Counted from the first letter of the stretch, positions 17,701-25,508 are shown. The stretch: DNA of 38,142 nucleotides from Planctomycetaceae bacterium (GCA_016794255.1 JAEUIL010000073.1:1-38142), one strand, 5' to 3'. The notes: a model not told the origin generated them from the letters alone. Numbers and translations: made by a program.

Positions 17701-18013
17701 GCCGCCGTTGGTCGAAGAGATGATCTATCGTATCGTGCAGGAATCGCTCAACAACGTCATCAAACACAGCGGTGCCAAATGGGCCGGTGTCGTCCTCTAT
17801 CAAATGGGCGACAATGTGCGGATCACGGTGCGCGACGATGGCCACGGCTTCGACCTCCGGCAAGTCAATCCTCGCCGCTACGGCTTGCAGGGCATTCGCA
17901 AACGGGCTGAGTTGATCGGCGGCACGGCCGAAATCGAGAGCTCGCCCGGCCACGGTACTGTGGTCTCGGTTACACTCCCGCTCACGTTGCGCGAACTGTC
18001 GGGGCCCGCTTGA
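14795..18013 (+). CDS. soluble multi-PAS sensor histidine kinase (HisKA_3 / NarL-partner type), with no adjacent response regulator
   Basis: 1072 aa. N-terminal coiled coil. About six PAS/PAC-like repeats with recurring '...DITERK/DITARK/DITDRH...' ends. H-box 'ERERQTMAYNLHDGLIQYITG'. HATPase_c motifs 'ESLNNVIKHS', 'DDGHGFD', 'GLQGIRKRAELIGG'. No TM segment. Confidence 0.9.
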   Translation: MTKPSTAVDAELVALRKRVAELESAQAQQQAELATLQASSHRLHTILERSPIVLFETDRDSHFSFVEGKGLERLGITGEQLLGRPSMQLYGQLPGVAERRARVMTGESTEFTLPVREDAIFRIWTAPSRNAAGEIVGTYGVAIDTTAQSLAEQQLKQREEFFHMLTSVSPTGLYQVTGHAVDYANERAMEIAGLPPGDLSPEAWANVLHPDDRERVTQEWLDTIQQKRRFVSEYRFLRPDGQTLHVQGEAVPRLDAQGNVIGAVGTITDISGIKQVETQLKRHHDWLESIAATVPGAIAVYNIRTLRYSFVSDGFRELLGCDPRELLEGNFDWIASRTHAEDFERVMGESRQAVADDDALPRELRRNMVIGFEYRMRHADGSWRWVRTIGTVFSRDEEGRIAEVLNVTLDITDRHEMEDRLREAQSELERRVGERTAELGRINASLRREIDQRETSELELRNNNRVLRTVYDTMSDGVQIVNVEQRLVMTNRAGDRILNLHQPRQSWRFDGRAFETDQATAIARADLPHARALRGEAVRNFDLYLAPNEHMPEGAWLNVNADPLHNDHGQVTGAVIIFRDDTARRRALDALRQSLDRFNLMVDGSKVGLWDALVNVDDPLNPENPLYYSPHMTRLLGYEPAEFGTKLSAWANHVHPDDQPRVFAALMAHMNENVPYDIEYRCYTKQRELRWFAARGDSIRDEHNRTIRLSGSFIDITARKLAEQELAQKEGLLRIMMDTTSAVVYIKDLDGRYLYINHEFEKLFNVTREQHIGRSDFDLFPHDVAEAFRCNDQQVAQAADPVQFEEYAPRDDGMHTYLSVKFAIRNWSGDVYATCGISTDITERKRSEARLIEDQRFLRGLIAVNERERQTMAYNLHDGLIQYITGSVMEIEGLTKTIQLNDEQRSRFDNVLRSLRQAINDGRRVLSGLRPLVLDASGVVIALEHLLAELRANTTIDLSLTQRVDFDRLPPLVEEMIYRIVQESLNNVIKHSGAKWAGVVLYQMGDNVRITVRDDGHGFDLRQVNPRRYGLQGIRKRAELIGGTAEIESSPGHGTVVSVTLPLTLRELSGPA

Positions 18014-18019
18014 TGCAGA

Positions 18020-18802
18020 TTATTTGCGCCGCAGCACAAACACCACATCCTCGCTCTTATCATCGAGCTTGATCGGGTTCTCAATATCGTAGGCAAAGTC
18101 GAACGTCTCGATGCATTTCCATTGCGGCACCCGGGCGAGCAGCGCGGTGAACTGGGCGCGGGTATACGTGCGGAAGTGCAGCTCGTCCTGCAAGCGAAAC
18201 TGTTGCGTGGGCGTGTAGATATCGAACCGCATCGCCGTGCGTTCCATGCGACGGCGTCTGTCGTGCTCGACGATCTTCATGTAGGAGTTCACCACGAGGT
18301 TGCCGCGTCGGGCCGACCACGATTCTTCGACGCACTCGGGCTGTCCCTTGGGTGTCAGATGCAAACCGAGTAAGTAGATGCCGCCCGGCGCGATCGCGTC
18401 GGCCATGCATTTGAGATGCGCCTCAGCAGCCGCTTCGTGGGGCAAATGGCGAAAGGTGTTGATCGTGTTGAACGCGGCGTCGTACGGCTTGGCGACCCGA
18501 AAGTCGGCCATGTCTTCGACCCGCACATGCTGCGGAAACCCATACCGGGCCAACCGCTGATTGCAGAACGCCACGGCTTGCGGATTCAGATCGCCACCGG
18601 CGACGCGATAACCAGCTTGAGCCAGTTTGATCAACAACCGGCCCGTGCCGCAGGCTGGTTCGTAGATCTTCTTCACCGGCCGAGTGGCAAACTGCTCGAA
18701 ACACGCCTGCAGGAAGTCGAATTCAGCTTTCCAATCCGAGCCGAACAAGAGGTCGTAGTACTTCGGATAGTCGTAGATGCTGCCAGTGCGTGTTTCGAGC
18801 AT
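18020..18802 (-). CDS. class I SAM-dependent methyltransferase
   Basis: 260 aa. Motif I 'IYEPACGTGRLLIKLAQAGYRVAGGDLN', later 'YDAAFNTINTFRHL' and 'APGGIYLL'. Confidence 0.85.
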   Translation of the reverse strand: MLETRTGSIYDYPKYYDLLFGSDWKAEFDFLQACFEQFATRPVKKIYEPACGTGRLLIKLAQAGYRVAGGDLNPQAVAFCNQRLARYGFPQHVRVEDMADFRVAKPYDAAFNTINTFRHLPHEAAAEAHLKCMADAIAPGGIYLLGLHLTPKGQPECVEESWSARRGNLVVNSYMKIVEHDRRRRMERTAMRFDIYTPTQQFRLQDELHFRTYTRAQFTALLARVPQWKCIETFDFAYDIENPIKLDDKSEDVVFVLRRK

Positions 18803-18835
18803 GAGAAGGCCAAAGCCGCTTGATGGTGTGAGAAG

Positions 18836-19195
18836 TTACTGCTTCTGCATTTCTTGCAGTTGTTTCTGGAACTCCGGATCGTTCATGATGGCGGCCCCGC
18901 CCACGACGACGGCGAATCCGGCGACCACCATGCCGATGACGATCAATCCCGTCCAGACGAGCATGAGCTTTTGAATGCCCCACTCCGACGCTTTGATCCA
19001 TCCATATACCAACGCAATCAGCGGTCCGATGCCGCACAGCGACAGCACGATCGAGGCGATCCCCACGCCCGTCTGCCCGCGTTGAAACATCTGGATCAAG
19101 ACCATCACAAAGCAAACCAGCGACCCAATCCCGATCACGACCTGAACCAGTTGGAGCAAAACAAAACCACCGCCAAGAGCAGGAGCTGCGTTCAT
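18836..19195 (-). CDS. small integral membrane protein (3 predicted TM helices)
   Basis: Start placed at ATG 19195, with GAGGTGG 5 nt upstream. The 119-aa product has hydrophobic segments 'GGGFVLLQLVQVVIGIGSLVCFVMVLI', 'GVGIASIVLSLCGIGPLIALVYGWI' and 'LMLVWTGLIVIGMVVAGFAVVVGGAAI'. It lies 33 nt upstream of the methyltransferase on the same strand. Confidence 0.6.
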   Translation of the reverse strand: MNAAPALGGGFVLLQLVQVVIGIGSLVCFVMVLIQMFQRGQTGVGIASIVLSLCGIGPLIALVYGWIKASEWGIQKLMLVWTGLIVIGMVVAGFAVVVGGAAIMNDPEFQKQLQEMQKQ

Positions 19196-19420
19196 CGGCC
19201 ACCTCGGTAAGAAAGGAAAGGCATTCGTATGCGATGCGACGCTGTCCCATGACCGGGCGGCGCGATCCACGCGGGGCTGAAAAGTGTGAGGATTCTAAAG
19301 GCTTCGTCAACGTTTAGCAATCAATCATCGCCCGATAATCGTACAGCCGCTTGCCATCGTCATGCAGTCATTGCAAGATGACGGGCTGCGACCGAACTTG
19401 TTTCCACGGGAAATTTACCG

Positions 19421-20410
19421 ATGAAAGCTGCCTTTATCCGTGAATGTGGTCTGCCGCAGAACATCCAGTACGGCGACTTGCCCGACCCGACGCCGAGCGG
19501 CGATCAAGTGCTGGTGCGTGTCAAAGCGGTGGCGGTCAATCCGATCGACACCTACATTCGCGCCGGCGGCGTGAAGATGAACATTCCCACGCCGTACGTC
19601 ATCGGCTGCGACGTGGCCGGCGTCGTCGAGCAAGCGCCGGCTGGCTCGCGCTACCGAGTCGGCGATCGCGTCTGGGGAAGCAATCAGGGGCTATTCGGGC
19701 GACAAGGCAGCTTCAGCGAACTGGCCGCGATCGATGCCGCGTGGCTCTATCCGACTCCGCCGACGGTTAGCGACGAAGCTGCGGCTGCCGGGGCGCTCGT
19801 GGGCATTACCGCGCATCTCGGGCTCTTCCGTTGTGCGGCGCTCCGGCCGGGCGAGATCGTGTTCGTCAACGGTGGCACCGGCGGTGTCGGTTCGAGCGTC
19901 GTGCAAATGGTCAAAGCGACTGGCGCTTACGTCGTCACCACCGTCGGCAGCGACGCCAAAGCCGAGGCGGCTCGCCAACTCGGCGCCGATCTCGCCATAA
20001 ATTACAAGACGGAAGACGTCGACACCGCGATCAAGCAATTCGCGCCGCAAGGTGTGAACATCTATTGGGAAACGCTGCGCGAGCCCGACTTCGATCGCGC
20101 CGTGGCGTTGCTCGCGCCGCGTGGCCGAATGGTGATCATGGCTGGTCGCGAGGCTCGGCCGGTGTTTCCCGTGGGACCGTTTTACGTCAAGGATTGCTCG
20201 CTGTTCGGCTTTGCGATGTTCAACGCGACGCCCACCGAACAGCAAGCGTGTGCCGAGGACATCAACCGCTGGCTGGCCGCGGGGACCTTCCGACCACGCA
20301 TCGATCGCGTGCTGCCGCTGAGCGAAGCCGCCGCGGCGCATCGCCTGCAAGAAGAGAACACGCTTCAGAAAGCAGGCACGCTTGCCGGTAAGATCGTGCT
20401 CGTGCCGTAA
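19421..20410 (+). CDS. NADPH:quinone reductase / zeta-crystallin-type medium-chain dehydrogenase
   Basis: 329 aa. 'VLVRVKAVAVNPIDTYIRAG', cofactor loop 'VNGGTGGVGSSVVQMVKATGAYVV', C-terminal 'GKIVLVP'. No structural-zinc Cys cluster. Confidence 0.85.
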   Translation: MKAAFIRECGLPQNIQYGDLPDPTPSGDQVLVRVKAVAVNPIDTYIRAGGVKMNIPTPYVIGCDVAGVVEQAPAGSRYRVGDRVWGSNQGLFGRQGSFSELAAIDAAWLYPTPPTVSDEAAAAGALVGITAHLGLFRCAALRPGEIVFVNGGTGGVGSSVVQMVKATGAYVVTTVGSDAKAEAARQLGADLAINYKTEDVDTAIKQFAPQGVNIYWETLREPDFDRAVALLAPRGRMVIMAGREARPVFPVGPFYVKDCSLFGFAMFNATPTEQQACAEDINRWLAAGTFRPRIDRVLPLSEAAAAHRLQEENTLQKAGTLAGKIVLVP

Positions 20411-20414
20411 CGTT

Positions 20415-20542
20415 GGGCACGCGTCTCGCGTGCCTGAAGCCGCTACGTCGCACGATTCGCACATTATTGCCTCCCCCCGGATTGTCGAACACAGTTCAAG
20501 ATCTTTCGACGAAACCACTCCTGGCACGCGAGACGCGTGCCC
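20415..20542. repeat. 128-bp element bounded by perfect 20-bp terminal inverted repeats that are each self-complementary (MITE/REP-like)
   Basis: 20415-20434 is GGGCACGCGTCTCGCGTGCC, and 20523-20542 is GGCACGCGAGACGCGTGCCC, its exact reverse complement. Each folds as an 8-bp stem GGCACGCG/CGCGTGCC with a 3-nt loop. The element lies between the quinone-reductase stop (20410) and the sialidase ATG (20555). Confidence 0.8.
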
Positions 20543-20554
20543 CACGAGGTCACC

Positions 20555-22609
20555 ATGCCCGCTCGCCTGTTTCTGCTGGTGTTTTCGCTTCTGGTTGCAC
20601 CTGCGTTCGCTGCCGAGACCATCGATCACGCGCGGGTCGTGTCGGCGGTGCGGAAAGCCTTGCCGCTGCTTGTGCAGAGTTCGGCGACGTACCAGCGCGA
20701 ACGGCAATGCTTCGCCTGTCATCATCAAGCACTGCCGGTGATGGTGTTCACTGCGGCCGACGCTCGGGCGGTGACTTATGATCGTGGCGCTTCGGCGCTC
20801 GAAGCCAGCTTCACGCACCGCTACTTTCGTGATCGTCGCGCGCAGTTGATCAAAGGCGAGGGGGTGCCCGGCGGTCCGTACACAGCGGGTTACGCGTTGC
20901 TCACGCTGGCCGAGCAACGCTGGCCCCGGGACGATACGACCGCTGCGCTCAACGAGTACCTGCGCGTCAAACAGCAGTCCGACGGCGCATGGCCGATGAG
21001 CTCGCGGCGTCCACCGTTAGAATACAATCTGTTCACGTCCACGGCCCTGTCGCTCCGCGCCTTGCAACGGCGAGACGAGCTGCCCACGCCGGTCGTCGCC
21101 GCATGTCTTCGCAAGGCCCAGGCTTGGCTCGCGAAGTCGACGGCCGTCGAAACCGACGAACGAGCCATGCGACTGCTCGGGCTGCATTGGTCGCAAGCTG
21201 CCGATGATCTCGTCACGAGCGCCGCCCGCGACTTGCTCGGCGATCAACGGGACGACGGCGGCTGGGTTCAGACCGCTGAACTCGACAGCGATGCTTATGC
21301 AACCGGCGAAGCCCTCTACGCGCTCGCCGAGTCGCGGCAACTTCTGCCCACCGAGCCCAAATTTCTCGCGGGCATCGACAATCTCTTGCGAACGCAACTC
21401 GCTGACGGCTCGTGGCATGTGAAGAGTCGCAGCAAGCCATTTCAAACGTATTTCGAGAGCGACTTTCCTCACGGCACCGACCAATTCATTTCCATCGCCG
21501 CGACCTGCTGGGCCACGCTGGCTCTGCTGCAAGCACTGCCCATGGTCGATGACCCGCTTGCTGACAGTCGTGTTCCCGTGTTCGTCGCGGGCAGCGAAGG
21601 TTATCACTCGTTCCGCATCCCCGCCCTGGTGACGACCAGCGCCGGCACGCTCTTGGCGTTCAGCGAAGCTCGCAAGAGTAGCCGTAGCGACACGGGCGAG
21701 ATCAACGTGGTACTTCGCCGCAGCAGCGACTCGGGCCGAACGTGGCAGCCTCTGATCGTGGCGGCCGAGATGGGCGAGCACACCATCGGCAATCCGTGTC
21801 CCGTGGTCGATCGCATGACCGGCCGAGTGCATCTGCTGCTGACTCGCAATCATGGCCAAGATAAGGAAGGCGAGATCTCGCTCGGCACATCGCGCGAGCC
21901 CCGCACCGTGTGGGTCACGACTAGCGACGATGATGGCCGCACGTGGTCGCCGCTGCGAGACATCAGCCCGACGACCCGCGAGAACGATTGGGGATGGTAC
22001 GGTACCGGCCCCGGTTGCGGCATCCAACTCGCCTCGGGCCGGCTCGTCGTGCCGTGTTATCACACCCCGGCCAAGTCACGGGTCCAATCGGCTCACAGTA
22101 TTTACAGTGATGACCACGGCGTGACTTGGCAGCGCGGCGAGGCGTGTGGCCCAAATTGCGGTGAGAGCGCGGTGGCCGAGGCTCACGACGGCTCGCTGGT
22201 GATGCTCATGCGACAGCATCCGGAACGGACCGGCCAGCGGCATCTGGCGATCAGCCGCGACGGTGGCGTGACGTGGACCAAGCCGGAGAAAACGCTCGTC
22301 GATCCCGGCTGTCAGGGAAGTATGGCGAAGGTTCCCGCGCCGGACGACGGTCTCCGCCCGTGGATTGCGTTCGCGAATCCGGCGAGTGACAAGAAGCGCG
22401 AACGGCTCACGCTGCGATTGAGTCCCGATCTCGGCGCGACGTGGCCGCGTGAGTTGCTGCTCGACTCGGGTCCATCGGCCTATTCCAGCTTGAGCGTCCT
22501 CGCCGACGGCAGCCTTGGCTGCTTGTACGAACGGGGCGAAAAAAACGCGTACGAAACGGTGAGCTTCGTACGCGTCAAGGATGTACCAATCTTGGGAAGT
22601 CGAAAGTAG
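20555..22609 (+). CDS. secreted fusion protein: N-terminal CxxCH-containing alpha/alpha-toroid (prenyltransferase/squalene-cyclase-repeat-like) domain + C-terminal GH33 exo-alpha-sialidase (BNR)
   Basis: Start moved to ATG 20555 (GAGGT 5 nt upstream), giving the signal peptide 'MPARLFLLVFSLLVAPAFA'. 'CFACH' is at 20708-20722. QW-like repeats are 'QQSDGAW', 'QRDDGGW', 'QLADGSW'. From about nt 21560 come the sialidase 'YHSFRIPALV' motif and five Asp-boxes (SSDSGRTW, SDDDGRTW, SDDHGVTW, SRDGGVTW, SPDLGATW), plus C-terminal 'SAYSSLSVLADGSLGCLYE'. Confidence 0.85.
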   Translation: MPARLFLLVFSLLVAPAFAAETIDHARVVSAVRKALPLLVQSSATYQRERQCFACHHQALPVMVFTAADARAVTYDRGASALEASFTHRYFRDRRAQLIKGEGVPGGPYTAGYALLTLAEQRWPRDDTTAALNEYLRVKQQSDGAWPMSSRRPPLEYNLFTSTALSLRALQRRDELPTPVVAACLRKAQAWLAKSTAVETDERAMRLLGLHWSQAADDLVTSAARDLLGDQRDDGGWVQTAELDSDAYATGEALYALAESRQLLPTEPKFLAGIDNLLRTQLADGSWHVKSRSKPFQTYFESDFPHGTDQFISIAATCWATLALLQALPMVDDPLADSRVPVFVAGSEGYHSFRIPALVTTSAGTLLAFSEARKSSRSDTGEINVVLRRSSDSGRTWQPLIVAAEMGEHTIGNPCPVVDRMTGRVHLLLTRNHGQDKEGEISLGTSREPRTVWVTTSDDDGRTWSPLRDISPTTRENDWGWYGTGPGCGIQLASGRLVVPCYHTPAKSRVQSAHSIYSDDHGVTWQRGEACGPNCGESAVAEAHDGSLVMLMRQHPERTGQRHLAISRDGGVTWTKPEKTLVDPGCQGSMAKVPAPDDGLRPWIAFANPASDKKRERLTLRLSPDLGATWPRELLLDSGPSAYSSLSVLADGSLGCLYERGEKNAYETVSFVRVKDVPILGSRK

Positions 22610-22676
22610 CCGAACTCGCCAGAGTTCGGGTCGCTGCCCGGTCTAAGGACTCCCGAACTCTGGTGAGTTCGGCTAC
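22606..22676. repeat. double-hairpin palindromic intergenic element, copy 2 (same family as 3059-3129)
   Basis: Left arm 22606-22630 is identical (25/25) to 3059-3083. The 21-nt spacer has unrelated sequence. Right arm 22652-22676 is CCCGAACTCTGGTGAGTTCGGCTAC. The element begins one base before the sialidase stop codon (TAG 22607-22609), which lies entirely inside it. Confidence 0.85.
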
Positions 22677-22695
22677 AAGGCGCTTTCGACAGCGT

Positions 22696-23874
22696 CTACT
22701 TCTTCGTGGGCAGTTGCGGGCCTGCGACCGGCTTGGCGGCCGTGGCTGTGCTCGTCGGCGCGAGCCGCTCGGTGAAACGAGTCGTGTAGTGCATCGCGCT
22801 CGTGTCACCCTGCACGCCGACGACGTGCTTGTCGAGCGACAGTTCTTGCAACGACATCCGCCCGGCTTGTAAGTCGAATCGCAGCGTGCCGTTCGTCTCG
22901 CCTTGCACGAGTTGCGCCTCGATGCTCGGATCGCTCACGGGCGTCAGCACTTGAGTTTCGACCTTGATCGTGGCGAAGCCGTTCTTGACGTCTTCGAGCG
23001 CGAATTGCTGACGCCGTTCAATCTTCTTCGGTTGTCCGCCGCGATCCGAGACCACAATATCGTCGGGCATCGTCCATTGAAAACCGATCGCAACCGGCTC
23101 TTCGGGGAGCGGAATCGTAACGTTCTTGGAACCCGCGGCCTTCGCGGCGTCGAGATCGTCGCGATTGAGAATCTTGCCGGTGGCGTCCAATGTGATCGAC
23201 GACAGCGGCTGACCGACGCTCTTGGCCACGTCTTGGAACCCGACCGGGGCTTCTTTGTCGGTCGTGCTGTCGTAGGTGATCTCTTGTCGGCCGGTCAACT
23301 TCTGCCGCATCTGCACACTTTCGACCGAGTGAATGAACGTCGCGCGGCCTTGCTTGTCTACCTGGCTAACCTTCCATAGCTTGACAGACTTGCTGAAGGT
23401 ATCGGCCGTTTGCGTGGTGCCACTGACGGTCATGCGCACAGTAGCTTGATGCTCGACATCCCAACGGAGTGTTTCGCCCTTGGTGAACTTGTAACGCAGC
23501 AAATACGTCTTGCCGGTTGCAGGTCCTGCGGTGGAAGCCGTCGCGGGATTTGATTTGGGGGCAGGTCCGGACTTGGTCGTAGTGGCCGGCTTCGGCGACG
23601 TGGTGGCGATCGGCTTCGGCGGAGTCGGCGTGGCGGTCGCGTTTGAAGATTTCGCCGCAGCGGAATTCTTCGGCACCGTGGTCTTCGTTTTCACTTGAGC
23701 GGGCGACGGCACCGGCGGCGCGGGAGGTGTGTTCTTGCCGGTCTTGTTCGCCGCGGCTGCGACAGGCTTTGGCTTGGCGGCGACCTTGACCGGGTCATCC
23801 TCACCCCAAGCGGCATGGCACAACAAACTGGCGACAACGCACCACGAGACGACCATCCTGGTCATGGCGTGCAT
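22696..23874 (-). CDS. secreted hypothetical protein with a Pro/Thr/Ala/Lys-rich linker
   Basis: 392 aa. N-terminal signal-like 'MVVSWCVVASLLCHAAWG', then about 110 aa of low-complexity 'KPKPVAAAANKTGK...TPTPPKPIATTSPKPATTTKSGPAPK', then a ~270-aa beta-rich domain I cannot assign. Confidence 0.6.
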   Translation of the reverse strand: MHAMTRMVVSWCVVASLLCHAAWGEDDPVKVAAKPKPVAAAANKTGKNTPPAPPVPSPAQVKTKTTVPKNSAAAKSSNATATPTPPKPIATTSPKPATTTKSGPAPKSNPATASTAGPATGKTYLLRYKFTKGETLRWDVEHQATVRMTVSGTTQTADTFSKSVKLWKVSQVDKQGRATFIHSVESVQMRQKLTGRQEITYDSTTDKEAPVGFQDVAKSVGQPLSSITLDATGKILNRDDLDAAKAAGSKNVTIPLPEEPVAIGFQWTMPDDIVVSDRGGQPKKIERRQQFALEDVKNGFATIKVETQVLTPVSDPSIEAQLVQGETNGTLRFDLQAGRMSLQELSLDKHVVGVQGDTSAMHYTTRFTERLAPTSTATAAKPVAGPQLPTKK

Positions 23875-23907
23875 CCTTGCAACGTGATGAAAATGGATTG
23901 AGTTGGC

Positions 23908-24789
23908 TTAACGACCGTCGCCCGCGGTGAGGCTGCCGCCCCAGCCGAGCTTCTCGCGCAACGTACGGTAGTAACCGTGACCACGGACTTCAACAAGCTT
24001 GAACTTCGGCTCGGCACGGCGGATCCGCACGCGATCGCCCGGTTGCAACTCGCTGATCACATGGCCATCGACCACAGCAAACGCACCGGTCTGCGGCGGC
24101 ACCACCTGCACGTCGAACACCCGATCGGCCGAATCGACCACGGGCCGATTGGTCAACGTGTGCGGGCTGATCGGCGAGATCACCACGGCTTGCAAATCCT
24201 TGCGCAAGATGGGACCACCCGCCGATAAACTGTGCGCTGTCGAACCCACGGGCGTGGCTACGATCAGGCCGTCGCAACTATAGGTAGTCACCCATTCTGC
24301 GTCAACGTAGAGATGCAGTTGCAGCATGCGAAACGGCTCGCCCGCGCGGACGGCCACCTCGTTGAGCGCCAGCCGCTGCCACACCTGCCGATCATCGCGA
24401 ATCACCTCGCATTCGACCATCAAGTGCTCGATCACGCGAAACTCGCCCGCGGCAATCGCCGGCAGCACTGCTAGCAACTCCTTGGCCCGCAGGTCGGCAA
24501 GAAAGCCGAGCTTGCCAAGATTCACGCCCACCACAGGCACTTGGCGATAGCCCATCTGCAGAGCCGCGCGGAGAATCGAACCGTCGCCACCAAAGACCAA
24601 GGCTAGATCGGCATCCACGCGGCTCAAGTCGGCCGTGAACGTGAAGTCCCACGCGACAATGTCCGCCACCGCCTCGATCAACGGCCGCGCTTGTTCGGCT
24701 TCATCGACGACGTGCTGCCGACTGCCCAGGCCCAAGACCATCACCCGGGGTCGACCGCGGAACGGCATCGACTGACTCGCGACGGTCAT
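23908..24789 (-). CDS. nadK: NAD(+) kinase
   Basis: 293 aa. 'LVFGGDGSILRAA' (GGDG motif), 'LNEVAV', 'CDGLIVATPVGSTAHSLSAGGPIL'. These are diagnostic NadK/PpnK motifs. Confidence 0.9.
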   Translation of the reverse strand: MTVASQSMPFRGRPRVMVLGLGSRQHVVDEAEQARPLIEAVADIVAWDFTFTADLSRVDADLALVFGGDGSILRAALQMGYRQVPVVGVNLGKLGFLADLRAKELLAVLPAIAAGEFRVIEHLMVECEVIRDDRQVWQRLALNEVAVRAGEPFRMLQLHLYVDAEWVTTYSCDGLIVATPVGSTAHSLSAGGPILRKDLQAVVISPISPHTLTNRPVVDSADRVFDVQVVPPQTGAFAVVDGHVISELQPGDRVRIRRAEPKFKLVEVRGHGYYRTLREKLGWGGSLTAGDGR

Positions 24790-25508
24790 GACTTCGCTCC
24801 GGTCCAGGTCGCGACTTGCGTGAGATGATCGGCCGAGGCGAGGCCTTCACCGAGCACGGCGAGCACGCGGGCTTGGTCGCCCCGGAGGAGTGCCGCGGGG
24901 TCGAGCCACAAGCCGGCGAAGTTCGGGCTGCGGAGGATGCCATCGCCGTCGGGGGCGAGTGGCGTGTATTGGCCGTCGACCAAGCAAAACCAGTCGATCG
25001 CTTGATCGTACACACGCCACACGATGTACTCGCGCACCCCGTGGCGACGATATACGTCCAACTTCTGATGCATATCGTAACTGACCGAGGAGTTCGCGAC
25101 TTCAACGATCAACTCCGGCGGCCCGACGAGGTAACGGTCGTCACTCGTTCTCGACTGCCCGCCGCAGCGCGGCTCGAGGCACAACGCTACGTCCGGACAT
25201 GGCATGTTCTGATCATCGAGCCGCACCGACGGTTCGAGGTAACATAGAGTACCGAGTGCCTGCTCTTCATAGCCCATGACCCAACGAGCGATGCGAGCGT
25301 GAGGTCGCGAATGATCTACGGATACCGCCGCGTTCATATACACCACCCCATCAATGAGTTCCGCCCGTTTGATCGACGGCGTTTGCTCCCACCGCCGCTC
25401 GAACTCGGCGCGACTCAAAAAGTCACCCGGCTCCAAACGCGGCAGCGATTGCGCAGAGCGAGGCAGATCGAACGCCAGCGAGTGACTATGAGAAGGGATC
25501 GTGGCCAT
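24786..25508 (-). CDS. Uma2-family (DUF820) putative endonuclease
   Basis: 240 aa. 'AELIDGVVYMN', 'PDVALCLEP', 'PELIVEVANSSVSYDMHQKLDVYRRHGVREYIVWRV', matching the PD-(D/E)xK-like Uma2 core. Its stop overlaps the nadK start (ATGA at 24786-24789). Confidence 0.75.
   Translation of the reverse strand: MATIPSHSHSLAFDLPRSAQSLPRLEPGDFLSRAEFERRWEQTPSIKRAELIDGVVYMNAAVSVDHSRPHARIARWVMGYEEQALGTLCYLEPSVRLDDQNMPCPDVALCLEPRCGGQSRTSDDRYLVGPPELIVEVANSSVSYDMHQKLDVYRRHGVREYIVWRVYDQAIDWFCLVDGQYTPLAPDGDGILRSPNFAGLWLDPAALLRGDQARVLAVLGEGLASADHLTQVATWTGAKS

Noticed and set aside
20537-20554. GTG at 20537, used by the ORF track as the sialidase start ('MPHEVT...').
   Set aside because: It lies inside the right terminal hairpin of the 128-bp element and has no SD. 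ATG 20555 has GAGGT at -5 and begins a canonical signal peptide.
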